NCBI GenBank assembly: GCA_002269645.1
Contig: NIVC01004679.1
Coordinates: 1-38,324, forward strand
DNA length: 38,324 nt
Reading direction: 5' to 3'
From: Macrostomum lignano
Taxonomy: Eukaryota
This document shows positions 9,803 to 21,454 of the stretch, one piece after another. The translations under genes were made by a program, and so were the position numbers. The first letter of the stretch is position 1; every line of letters begins with the position of its first letter. The notes beneath the pieces are model-generated. The model had not been told where the DNA came from and did no database searches. It was given only the letters and a program-made list of their open reading frames with translations.

Positions 9803-12722
9803 ATGAATGCCGATTTTGATGAAACAACGTTGTTTCTAACAAACAAAAACGGATTTCCAATTGACGATGGCACCTGGAGCAATATGTGGAAATTTGCTGA
9901 GTATCAGCAACCCAAAGCTAAAGAAAAGATTCGAAGTATAAGAGCGACTTCAGCAAACGATTTGGCTGAGGTATAGTAATAAATGTATTTGAAATGCATG
10001 CATATGCCATCCACTCTACGGTTCTTAAAATAAAAGACTCTTGAAAACTCTTGTTATCTCATTATCTGTTTTCCTCTGTAAATAGCCAAAGGCTATTCTC
10101 ATCGCTTTCTGACAAATTTTGAGTTAAATCATATACACGAATCTTTTCCCTATTTTCAGCCAAAAATCCCAGTGCCTCCACTTACATTTCCGATTGGTTC
10201 GACGACATCGTCGAAAATACTGGCCGTTCAAAAATACTTTGCTGAGCTGCAGTAAGTGAATGGTATATTTGGCCTTTTGCTGCATACACTGGAACAAGAT
10301 CTTTGCCTTAAACTATTTTGAGCAGAGTTTCAAACAAAAAGGTCCCTAAAGAGTCAATAATTTTTTATCCTCCCTATCTATCGTTCGCAATCATTTTAGA
10401 TACAATCATACTGGCACGCAATTTTTTGAAATAAAAAAGTACCGCTCTTTTACTGGGTAAGATCAGAAAAACATGAAAGAATTGCTGTTACGAAAATCAC
10501 CAAAAGCCGAGCCTTCATCTCATTGCAGTCTCATGGAAGATGCCAAACAGATGATAAAAGAATCTCTGCCAATAAAATGCCTGGAGGCCGTTGTCCTCGG
10601 AATGTAAGTGCTGATCCGGTTTACATCTAATTGCTTCAGTGTTATCGCAATAGCAATCTCTGAATTCTACGAGTATTGCGAGACCCTCGCGACAACCTGA
10701 TTCCAACCCCCAGCTACCTGACCAACAAGATCGAGGACCTCACCCGCTTCGCAATCGGATTCAAGTCGGTCTTCAACGGTCACGTGCACCGGCACGTCGT
10801 GCTGGGCCTGTACAGCAAGGGGATGTTCGGAGCTCTTGGGATCAGCCGGCGAGACGATCTGATGTACAAACCGCTGACCTTTAAGGTAACTTTGGTTGGT
10901 GTACTCGGAAATTTCTAATGCAAGCGAATACTGCAGTAGTAATGCAGGCAACCCAGCATTCCCCTGTAAACCCCAGCAGACTCTAACGGAACTCATCATG
11001 GAGTACAAGGCGGCCTACCAGCGGCACTGGCACAAGCTGAAGCAGGTGAAGATCGGCATGGCCATCGGCAAGAATCCGCACAGCTTCGAGCCGCTGCCGT
11101 GGAAGGTGCCGTCTGAGCTTCAATTTGCAAGATTTCAAGTTCTGCTTGGCGCACGCACGCTCTGTCATGTCGCCCCCCTCCCCTCCTCCCGTACTCCAGG
11201 GCCTGACAGTCTTCCCCAGCAGCCAGCCGTTTGAGGAGATGCGCAGTGAGCTGGAGAAATTCTCTAAGCTGGTGAGCAAAGTTTCAGAATAGGGGGGGGG
11301 GCTTCAGCACGTTTTAGGACTAAAATTTTTCATAAAGAACCAGCCTGGCCAGTTTGAATGGGCTCACAGCTACCAGAATAAGAATCGTATTTTACGATCT
11401 GTGAATGAGCTTCACTGCTCATGATTGATAAGCTCAAAGCGGCTACACTGAGCTCTGCTCTGGTGGCCGGTCCTGGGGCTGATAGCAATGAGCAGGCGGC
11501 TTGACTGCACCAGACAGGGTGTCCTGGGGCTGATAGCAATGAGCAGGCGGCTTGACTGCACCAGACAGGGTGTCCTGGATCTGATAAAGTAATTTTAATG
11601 ACATTGCATGTGTGAGGAGAAGAAACTGATGCAAATCAATTGAAACCGTAATTGGATAAAACAGAGCGAAACCCCCATGATATCAATGACATTCTGGGCC
11701 TATGAACAATTAGTAAGGGCACTGGAATCTGTACTAAGGGCACTGAATTCAGTACTAAGGGCACTGAAGTCAGTACTAAGGGCACTGAAGTCAGTACTAA
11801 GGGCACTGAAGTCAGTACTAAGGGCACTGAAATCAATACTAAGGGCACTGAGGTCAGTACTAATGGCACTGAAGTCAGTACTAAGGGCACTGAAGTCAGT
11901 ACTAAGGGCACTGAAATCAGTACTAAGGGCACTGAAGTCAGTACTAAGGGCACTGAAGTCAGTACTAAGGCCACTGAAGTCAGTACTAAGGGCACTGAAG
12001 TCAGTACTAAGGCCACTGAAGTCAGTACTAAGGGCACTGAAATCAGTACTAAGGGCACTGAAGTCAGTACTAAGGGCACTGAAATCAGTACTAAGAACAC
12101 TGAAGTCAGTACTAAGGGCACTGAAATCAGTACTAAGGGCACTGAAATCAGTACTAAGGGCACTGAAATCAGTACTAAGGGCACTGAAATCAGTACTAAG
12201 GGCACTGAAATCAGTACTAAGGGCACTGAAATCAGTACTAAGGGCACTGAAATCAGTACTAAGGGCACTGAAATCAGTACTAAGGGCACTGAAATCAGTA
12301 CTAAGGGCACTGAAATCAGTACTAAGGGCACTGAAATCAGTACTAAGGGCACTGAAATCAGTACTAAGGGCACTGAAGTCAGGGCTTTCCGCCATGACAT
12401 CCGCCATGCAGGTGAGGCACGGCGCCAGCTTCTCCCACCAGCAGCAGGCGGCGGCCCGCCGGGAGCGGCTGCCCCGCAGTGCCAGCCTGCCGGCCCTCAG
12501 CCAGCCGGCCTCCCCGCAGCGCTCCGCCCAAGAGCCCGCGCAGCACCGCGGCAGACAGCAGCAGCAGCAGCAGCAGCAGTCAGCAACTCCTCAGAAGTCG
12601 CTGCTGATGCGGTGAGTTGTTGACAGCCGCCCTCAACGCTTGCAGGCAGCGACAAAAACTCCTTCATCCTCATTTGCCCCCCGCATTTCAGAAAGAAGTC
12701 CGGCTACCTTCTTCGCATCTGA
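9803..12722 (+). CDS. VASH: Vasohibin family tubulin tyrosine carboxypeptidase (detyrosinase), complete 9-exon model
   Basis: Exons 9803-9970, 10160-10251, 10400-10456, 10529-10603, 10714-10885, 10980-11105, 11200-11271, 12412-12611, 12692-12722, all GT-AG with matching phases. Motifs: NKNGFPIDDGTWSNMWK, LQYNHTGTQFFEIKK, LPIKCLEAVVLG (catalytic Cys), HRHVVLG (catalytic His), GALGISRRDDLMYKP, and C-terminal GYLLRI* (compare vertebrate GYQIRV*). The start ATG is inferred. Confidence 0.95.
11471..11578. repeat. 51-bp direct duplication
   Basis: Two copies starting at 11471 and 11522. Confidence 0.85.
11715..12382. repeat. 21-bp minisatellite (cagtactaagggcactgaa(a/g)t) in vasohibin intron 7
   Basis: About 32 copies; explains the LKSVLRA, VPLVLIS and ALSTDFS ORFs. 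Confidence 0.95.
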
Positions 12723-13329
12723 TTTCGGCCGCCAACTTCGTGAAAGCTGCCAAAACTGACCTCAATACGAGCTAGTAGAATCTTGTGATATTTTGTGATT
12801 TTTGTGATTTTTTCTGCACAACTTGTTAGGCAGTGCGGCAGTGCACAGAGCATAGCGCTGCACATTGCGGAGAGCGAGAGCTACAAGAATCTCTCAGACC
12901 AGTTGGGTCCCCAGTGAGACCAAGAGGCGGGCCAGTCCAGAGCTCAAAGTGCCGCCCGCACTTCCTGCCGGCCTTAGAGGGAAGGAGTTGCTTGGCTGCT
13001 GCGAACTCAGAGCAGGCGCATTCTGAATACAAACCAGCTGTTCCTGTGCCTGCACGCGTTCACGCAGTACAGATTTTTTTAAATACATGAGCTATTTTAC
13101 ATTGCATTAGAAATCATGTGTAGGCATCTCTCACACTGACTTGCAACTTGCAGTTTTTCTAAACTCTTGGTACTTATTGGTGGAGCTCGTGTTGAGAGCA
13201 GGTGAGGAAGAAGGCGTTCGGTGCTGCTGTCACATCGACCTACTGGTGACTGGAACAGCGGCTTTTGAACATCGAAATTTAGAATTTTTCTGGCCAGATA
13301 AATGGCAAATTTTGCATTCTCCTCGTGTC

Positions 13330-13420
13330 TGACTACTCAGTAAAATAACTACTCAGTACACTGACTACTCAGTACACTGACTACTCAGTACACTGACTAC
13401 TCAGTACACTGATTACTCAG
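13330..13420. repeat. 16-bp repeat (actcagtacactgact)
   Basis: About five copies. Confidence 0.8.
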
Positions 13421-13908
13421 TCCCAACTTTGGTGATACTCTGACTGTAACTCTTGCAGCCCTTCAAACACGGCCAATTCTCCCTGCCAGAATTCCAGTAA
13501 CAACGTGAATTATTTGTTAAAATCTGTCAATATCTGCCAGATGTGCCTGAGAACTTTTCGCTTCAATGAACCCCTGTCAAATCCATCTCGTCATTCTCAT
13601 GCTGCAGCTGCCCCGTGGGAAATAATCTCACAGGTTCCCATCACTCAGTTCTCTCTGCACCTTTGTCAACAGGCCTCAGAAATGACAAATATTGAAAACA
13701 GCTTCTGAATTGCTACAAGTTTGTTTAGAAACGGGGCATCACCAAAGGACAGTATGCTCTTTGAAAATTCCATACGGATCGCAGTTTTCCGAGGCAGGCA
13801 GTCGGTAGCGACTTGCTGAAGAGCTTGCAAAAGTGCATCAAAATTAAAGATATCGAGCGCTCAGGAGGAGCTGCTGCACGGCTGCTCAACGGATGAATTC
13901 CAGGGGCA

Positions 13909-14638
13909 TCAGAAAATCTGCCTGCCGTACGCGACCACCTCGCACAGGGTCAGGCCTTCGATCGGCAGGTCCACCTGCACCGTCCGGCCCACCCGGCCGC
14001 AGCTGAACTTCTTCACAGAGAAGCTGCTCGGCTCGAAGTAGGACGCGAACTCGACGCCATTGAGGCTGATGATGAAGTTGTTAAGCCTCTGAGAGCAGCA
14101 GTCTACCCGGTTGTACAGGGCCACGCGGTCGATGTACGCCCGCTGCGGCAGACTGGCCCGCCACCAGGCGTTCCTGGCGGAGCTCGTGTGGGTGCAGGAG
14201 CCGGCAGAGAAGTGCTGGTTGGTGCTGCCGTCGATGGCCAGGCCGCACGGGCCGCCAAAGCCGGTGTCGACCTGCTGGCAGCTGGAGAACAGCAGCCGCT
14301 CCTCCACTGCATGAGTTGTTTGCGTGGGTCCAGTCAGAGCTTTGAGCTCGGCAATGAAAGGCGTGAGTCCAGTCAGAGCTTTGAGCTCGGCAATATAGGG
14401 CGTGAGTCCAGTCAGAGCTTTGAGCTCGGCAATGAAAGGCGTGAGTCCAGTCAGAGCTTTGAGCTCGGCAATATAGGGCGTGAGTCCAGTCAGAGCTTTG
14501 AGCTCGGCAATGAAAGGCGTGAGTCCAGTCAGAGCTTTGAGCTCGGCAATGAAAGCACAGGTGCGAGAGACTCACCCGACTCCTTTGCGAACAGGCTGCT
14601 GGGGCAGTCGGCGGTGGCTGCCGCTTCCACTGCCAGCA
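13909..14638 (-). CDS. F-type (fucose-binding) lectin, FTP domain; intact terminal exon 14306-13909 and a short or degenerate upstream exon ending at 14576
   Basis: VEERLLFSSCQQVDTGFGGPCGLAIDGSTNQHFSAGSCTHT...WWRASL...YNRVDCCSQRL...LTLCEVVAYG. The canonical H-x26-R-x-D-x4-R fucose motif counts out exactly, and the AIDG motif is present. The upstream exon (..ADCPSSLFAKESG|gtgagt) splices in phase 1; its 5' limit is uncertain (ATG ~14638, or a frameshifted PAN-like remnant). Confidence 0.8.
14322..14553. repeat. 39-bp minisatellite in the F-type lectin intron
   Basis: About six copies of gcgtgagtccagtcagagctttgagctcggcaat(gaaag/atagg), in two alternating variants. Confidence 0.95.
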
Positions 14639-15073
14639 TTTTTGGTGCAGAATACTTGGCACTGCTGTGCGCTGCTTAAATAACGCTGAGCCTCCACCTG
14701 GTAGCTGCGATCTTCCAATCAGAAAGGGACTCGTTCAAAATACTATCCCAAAAATGATTTGCGACTGTAGCTGACAATCCACTCCACGCGGCTTTTCTCA
14801 TACTACTTGCGACGGACTTGAAAGTAGCTGAATTGATTGCGACAAGCTATTTTTGCTGCCGCTCACGCGGCTAAGCGGGCAACTGTAAACTGATTTAAGG
14901 AGTAGGCGATGGGGGAAGCAATTAAAAAGGGAACGCCAGAGGCTTAGATGAAATGAATGGAAGAAAGCGGGCCTCTCCGGTGGATCTTCTTCTGACGGCC
15001 GCTGCGGCTGCCTCTGTGGGACTGGGCGGCTGGCAGCCTCAGCTTCTTGCGACCCGCAACTTGCGCTCCGGGA

Positions 15074-15399
15074 GTGGACTTCCACAGCTGGTGCGGCAGG
15101 GCCATGGATGGCGTTACCAACCAGGACTTCTTCAGCGGCTACTGCACTCACACCAGCCCCAATATCAACAGCTGGTGGCGGGCCAGCCTGCCACAGCGGG
15201 CGTAAATCGACCGCGTGGCCCTGTACAACCGGGTAGACTGCTGCTCTCAGAGTTCGCGTCCCACTTCGAGCCGAGCAGCTTCTCTGCGAAGAAGTTCAGC
15301 TGCGGCCGGGTGGGCTGGACGGTGCAGGTGGACCTGCATGAAAGCCTGGAGGCTCTGACCCTGTGCGAGGTGGTCGTGTACGGCAGGTGGTTCTCTTGA
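15074..15399 (+). pseudogene. Inverted F-type lectin pseudogene
   Basis: Aligns to the 13909-14306 exon. In-frame TAA at 15203-15205 (TAC in the paralog) and a 37-bp deletion at ~15252 with GAG microhomology that shifts the frame. Confidence 0.85.
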
Positions 15400-16240
15400 C
15401 TCCGCTGACTGCCTCGAGAAAAGCCAAACTATCAAATCTTGTCTGTCTTGAGTTTTGCTTCCTCAGCCTTCTCAATGCTCAATTCTCTCTACTTTGCTTG
15501 TTGTAGTTGCAAATTTGATTGGAAATTTCAGAGTTCCTCCGAAGTTTGCTAGAAATGCTTTTGCTGATCAAAACTGCTCCTTAATCACTGCACTGGATCA
15601 CTGGATTCACTGGAATCACTGGAATCCTTGAAGGCACCAAATGCACTTGCTAATAAAGTTTTAGCACCATTTAGCGGTTAAGTTTATCTGATTAACCATC
15701 TCTGTGAGAAGTAGTCAGAGATTTTGCTAGGCGTCCGCATCTCACAGCATGGAATCCTCCGCTTGGAGTGCTGTAGGGGGCATTGCGAGGCCTTTGATGG
15801 CTTTGACAAGATAGCCTTGCCCTGAGCCCAATTCGAGTTCATTCCTACGAGCTACGTGGTTCCGCACGGCAGCGAGCGGCATTGGCTCAGGGACTCGTGC
15901 GGGACTCGTGCGGGACTCGTGCGGGACTCGTGCGGTATTGTGTAAAAACTTCAGATTTACTCCTAGTGAGCCATTCGTCTGCGGAAGCGAAGTTGCTGGT
16001 GCACCAATTCTGCAGCTGACCTGAATTATTAATTTTTGCCCACTGCCCTTCAAAAATTTTGCACTGCGTCTGGAAAAACTTCCTGACAACCCGCTGTTAC
16101 GCTGCGGCTGCGGCTGTAGTTGCTAAAACAATTGCAATGCATCTTCTTCTGATTGTAGCAGCCAATTTGCAGTCGGCCCCTGTGTTCTCTTATTTGAGTG
16201 ACGGCCTTCTTTGCTCAATCCTGACGCGTGATGAGATGCA

Positions 16241-17015
16241 TGGAATCTCGGCTTAGCTCTGCTCGTGCAATTAACGGCCTTGAGAGCCAACCCCCCCCAA
16301 GGCGCAGTGAAGTGTACATGCCTAACGATAATGTTTCATTTATCGTGGATAAATTTTTTTAAATGTTTCTTTTAATGTGGATAAGTTTTTTTAATGTGGA
16401 TAAAAGCAGGCAGTTTGCAATAGCCAAAACAAATTTTTACATGTCCCACCAACACGATGCCGGATGCAAACTCTCACAAGTAAGGCAGCTACATGCAGAA
16501 TTCTTGGTTGAGTTTCACAACCGGATCTGAAGTTCGCTCAAACAATGAAGCCCAACCCAGGTTTAGATAGGGAAGAATGAATTTAACAGAAATTCGAACC
16601 AATTTCTCTACATACGAGCGTATCTGTATAAAGCTACGTGGGTGCCAACTGCGTTACGAGTATGCAGATTAGGTTCGTGCAAAGTTAATTTATTGTGTGA
16701 AAATTGACAAACGCCTGGCTAGTAGAGAATACAAAAATTAATATTGGATATACTTTTATTGGAGAAAGCTTTGCAATCGTGTGATTTTTTCTTTGCACAA
16801 ATTTTCCAAATGTTTTCCAATGCAGAGAAGTCGAACTATTGTGTACCTTCTTGGTAGCAATCAAACAAGCTACGAAGCTGCTTTGAACTACCAAGAAGGT
16901 CATTTTACCTACAATATCTGACTTTATTTATCTTAAGGCATGTACACTTCACTGTGCCTTGGGGGTTGGCCCTCAAGGTTGTTAATTGCACGAGCAGAGC
17001 CAAGCCGAGATTCCA
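16241..17015. mobile_element. Non-autonomous TIR element (MITE-like) with ~90-bp imperfect terminal inverted repeats
   Basis: 16241-16331 (tggaatctcggcttagctctgctcgtgcaattaac...cagtgaagtgtacatgcc) is the reverse complement of 16928-17015 with few mismatches. The interior is AT-rich and non-coding; no clear TSD. Confidence 0.65.
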
Positions 17016-17872
17016 ATTTAGCCCCAAATTAATGTGACTGCACTTGGAATCGAGCCTGGGCCGCTGACGCATCTTGAGCGCCGCACCAGACCACTGGGCT
17101 GCGGCACACGACAGCCACAACACATGTACCATCACCGGAATTTTTCTGATCGAACAGTGCAAGTTTCATGAAAATCGGTTGAGTTGTTTTTTTTCATAAA
17201 TCAATCACACATGGAAGGATATACGAGTATAGACAACTCATTTTTAGTATATGGACTAGCCATCTAGTGCCCCCTTCGGGACGCCCAATAAGCAAGGAGC
17301 AAAAATGATTCATGCAAATCCATTGAAAAAGCACATTTTCTTAAGAACCAATTCCTTCTTCAGTTTTATAAATCACCTTATCCGAGTAAAATTGTTACGG
17401 ACAAAGGTATTTGCTATGAATCGATTTTTTATAAAAGTAACAAGAGGACACAGCAAAAAAGCCTTCACAAAGATAGCGGGCATTCCCCCTAAATAGAAGG
17501 CATTCCCCAGATAGCAAGCATCCACCAGATTGCAAGCATCCCTAAATCGCAAACATCCCCAGATAACAAGCACATCCGCGATAGCAAGCACCCCCAGACA
17601 GCAAGTAGCTAGTGCAACAATTTCCGCAGCTAGGGCATCAAGTGAGCATCGAGTGCACTTTACTCTGAGCAGTTCTGAAATTCTAAGCCAAGTAGAAAAC
17701 ATTGACGGATCATCATCACAAGGGCACCGCAATATGCTGGTCACAATTTATTTGAAATTGCATTTCCTTACGAATAGAGGACAGTTCCGCCTAAAGCTGG
17801 GCCTTGATCGCAGAAGTTCAGGTAGAGAAAAGAGCTGAGTAGCGGTTCGAGACAAAATTTACGTCCGCTGCA

Positions 17873-18027
17873 TCACCAGGACATCAAGCTGTTGGCGCTC
17901 TTCAGCGTGTGGGAGCAGGAGTAGCCAAATGAGTCCTGGTTGGTGTCGCCGTCCGTGGCCTGGCTGCACGAGGCTGAGAATTCGATGTTGATCTGCTGGC
18001 AGCTGAAGAAGCGCAGCCATTCGATCT
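17873..18027 (-). pseudogene. Truncated F-type lectin exon (N-terminal third only)
   Basis: Acceptor ttttcag in phase 1 after the 18507 donor. EIEWLRFFSCQQINIEFSASCSQATDGDTNQDSFGYSCSHT...W* aligns with the N-terminus of the intact FTP exon, then stops and degenerates. Confidence 0.65.
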
Positions 18028-18506
18028 CTGAAAATTTGTAGAATTCCACAGTTTTGGGCGAGAGTGAAAGGAAGCTTCCAAAGTCAGACGGTTTGGCTGC
18101 AGGAAATTTAAACCAACAGCTTGCCGCAGCCAACAGTAGCTAGCCAAGGACTACTTAAGTAGAAGGACGGGAAACTATGTTTCTTGAATTGACATGGAAT
18201 TGTAGTTTTCTAAACAAAAAGCTCTATGAATATCAATTGAGCTATGAAAATGAAATGAATACTGGATCTGCTTCCTATGGAAAGCAATAACAACTTTCGT
18301 GATGAAAAATGAAAACTTCCTATCTCTGTACTGTTTTTCGAAAAAATCTGCTTTCTAAAACTTTCCAGAAAACGTATAGTTTCCTAGTCCTTGCAACTGG
18401 ATAGCCCTGCCGGAATAGACTCACTCTGGCAGAGCAAGTCCTCAGACTTGAAGAATGAAGGCATAGCCCTGCTGATAATAATTAGTTTTTAAGCACCCTG
18501 GCTCAC

Positions 18507-18773
18507 CGGTCTCCTTGACAAACAGGTTGCCGGGGCAGTCGGCGCCGTGCCCGAACCAGCTGCCGTAGTACAGCTCCCAGTCGATGAGTGAGCAGTCGCA
18601 GCAGCCGCTCCGCCCCATCAGCAACGCGGCGCACCAGCCAAGGAGGTTGCAACGCACGGCGCAATCGGCGAAGCTGCCAACCTCCGTGCTGGAGTTGACG
18701 GCGGCAGTTGAGGTGCCCGGAGCGCAGGTGGCGGATCGGCGCAGATGCAGTTGGGTGTCAGCGGCCAGCCCGC
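18507..18773 (-). CDS. Cys-rich PAN/apple-like module exon (phase 1-1)
   Basis: 267 nt, acceptor caccgcag, donor G|gtgagc. Encodes ...GSFADCAVRCNLLGWCAALLMGRSGCCDCSLID...GADCPGNLFVKET. Its 3' end is homologous to the exon end at 14576 (ADCPSSLFAKESG). The PAN assignment rests on Cys spacing only. Confidence 0.6.
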
Positions 18774-19024
18774 CTGCGGTGATGGCTGCCAGGGACATCC
18801 TTGCCAAATTAATAGTTAATCTGCACTACTTGTATTCAGTAGCAAAATGCGGTCATTGAATCTACCTGAGTGCCGCGCATTTGGGTGTGAAACGAACTTT
18901 AGGTACAGCCTATTTTTCTAATCAAGAGCCACCAGCCGTTAGCCATGACTCCTGAATTTTGAGTTAACTGGTCCTAACCACTGAGCTGGGGCCTTACCTG
19001 TGGCCTTGCACGTTCGAATTTCCG

Positions 19025-20990
19025 TCTTCTTGTTTCTTGTTGTGCCTTTTCCTCTTCTTTCATCTTGTGTCTTCTTGTGTCTTCTTGTGCCCTCTTGTGT
19101 CTATTTGTGTCTTTTCTGTCTTCTTGTGTCTTCTCGTGTCTTCTTGTACCTTCTTTTGTCTTCTTGTGTCTTCTTGTGTCTTCTTGTGCCCTCTTGTGTC
19201 TATTTGTGTCTTTTCTGTCTTCTTGTGTCTTCTCGTGTCTTCTTGTACCTTCTTTTGTCTTCTTGTGTCTTCTTGTGTCTTCTTGTGCCCTCTTGTGTCT
19301 ATTTGTGTCTTTTCTGTCTTCTTGTGTCTTCTCGTGTCTTCTTGTACCTTCTTTTGTCTTCTTGTGTCTTCTCGTGTCTTCTTGTGCCCTCTTGTGTCTA
19401 TTTGTGTCTTTTCTGTCTTCTTGTGTCTTCTCGTGTCTTCTTGTACCTTCTTTTGTCTTCTTGTGTCTTCTTGTGTCTTCTTGTGCCCTCTTGTGTCTAT
19501 TTGTGTCTTTTCTGTCTTCTTGTGTCTTCTCGTGTCTTCTTGTACCTTATTTTGTCTTCTTGTTTCTTCGTATGTCTTATTGTGTCTTCTTTGTGCCTCT
19601 TTGTGCCTTCTTGTGTCTTCGTATGTCTTATTGTGTCTTCTTCTTTTATCTTGTGTCTTCTTGTGTCTTCTTGTGCCCTCCTGTGTCTAGTTGTGTCTTT
19701 TCTGTCTTCTTGTGTCTCTTTGTGCCTTCTTTTGTCTTCTTGTGTCTTCTTGTGTCTTCTTGTGCCCTCTTGTGTCTATTTGTGTCTTTTCTGTCTTCTT
19801 GTGTCTTCTCGTGTCTTCTTGTACCTTCTTTTGTCTTCTTGTGTCTTCTTGTGTCTTCTTGTGCCCTCTTGTGTCTATTTGTGTCTTTTCTGTCTTCTTG
19901 TGTCTTCTCGTGTCTTCTTGTACCTTCTTTTGTCTTCTTGTGTCTTCTTGTGTCTTCTTGTGCCCTCTTGTGTCTATTTGTGTCTTTTCTGTCTTCTTGT
20001 GTCTTCTCGTGTCTTCTTGTACCTTATTTTGTCTTCTTGTTTCTTCGTATGTCTTATTGTGTCTTCTTTGTGCCTCTTTGTGCCTTCTTGTGTCTTCGTA
20101 TGTCTTATTGTGTCTTCTTCTTTTATCTTGTGTCTTCTTGTGTCTTCTTGTGCCCTCCTGTGTCTAGTTGTGTCTTTTCTGTCTTCTTGTGTCTCTTTGT
20201 GCCTTCTTTTGTCTTCTTGTGTCTTCTTGTGTCTTCTTGTGCCCTCTTGTGTCTATTTGTGTCTTTTCTGTCTTCTTGTGTCTTCTCGTGTCTTCTTGTA
20301 CCTTCTTTTGTCTTCTTGTGTCTTCTTGTGTCTTCTTGTGCCCTCTTGTGTCTATTTGTGTCTTTTCTGTCTTCTTGTGTCTTCTCGTGTCTTCTTGTAC
20401 CTTCTTTTGTCTTCTTGTGTCTTCTTGTGTCTTCTTGTGCCCTCTTGTGTCTATTTGTGTCTTTTCTGTCTTCTTGTGTCTTCTCGTGTCTTCTTGTACC
20501 TTATTTTGTCTTCTTGTTTCTTCGTATGTCTTATTGTGTCTTCTTTGTGCCTCTTTGTGCCTTCTTGTGTCTTCGTATGTCTTATTGTGTCTTCTTCTTT
20601 TATCTTGTGTCTTCTTGTGTCTTCTTGTGCCCTCCTGTGTCTAGTTGTGTCTTTTCTGTCTTCTTGTGTCTCTTTGTGCCTTCTTGTGTCTTCTTGTTTC
20701 TTCTTGTACCTTTTTGTGTCTTCTTGTGTCTCTTTGTACCTTCTGTGTCTTCTTGTGCCTCTTTGTGCTTTCTTGTGTCTTCTTGTGTGTCCTTGTGCCT
20801 TCTTGTTTCTTCTTGTGTCTTCTTGTTTCTTCTTGTGTCTTTTTGTTTCTTCTTGTGTCTTCGCTTATCTTTTTGTGTCTTCTTGTGTCTCTTTGTACCT
20901 ACTTGTGTTTTTTATGTGGTCGAGCGTCTTCGTGTGTTTTCTTGTACCTTTTTGTGTCTTTGCGTTTTCTTGTCTACTTGTGGAACTGCA
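19025..20990. repeat. Hierarchical pyrimidine-rich satellite (10-bp TCTTCTTGTG, ~99-bp unit, 477-bp higher-order unit)
   Basis: ORFs 19691-20167 and 20168-20644 translate identically; a 33-residue (99-bp) subunit repeats within them. Confidence 0.95.
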
Positions 20991-21454
20991 TTTAGAAACC
21001 CAGCGATATTAATGTCTCATGTGCCTCAGTGCTTCCTCCCCTCACGCCCGCAGTACCAAACCTCACACAAAAGCACTCGAACCAGCCTCAGTCAGTATGA
21101 GACACTTGAGCTGAGTTTCAGCCCCCTCCAGCTATTGACTGTTTGGATAAATTTGCTCTGACAATGCAAAGCACAGAGCTGAGGATCCAAGCTCTCAAGG
21201 AACTGGTGGGACGAGAATAGGTGCGATGAGCAAAACATTCACATGGCAGGGAAGATGTCACTCCGGTGTAAACTGAACAGGTAATTGTCACAGAACACCA
21301 GTCAGTTCTGACGGAAGTGCATGAATTCAAATAGGATGCATCGACTCGCTGTGCAGCTGCTAACATTCATATGTTTCTTATCAACCTGTACTGCCTACGA
21401 ACCAGGTTTGGAGCACTCTCTACTTGGTGTCTGTCAAGCTTTTTATTCGGTTTC

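Noticed and set aside
18930-19040. Minus-strand agctcagtggttagg (A-box-like) and a strong CAG|GTAAGG donor upstream of the PAN-like exon
   Set aside because: There is no B-box or cloverleaf, and the putative exon runs into satellite and encodes nothing recognisable.
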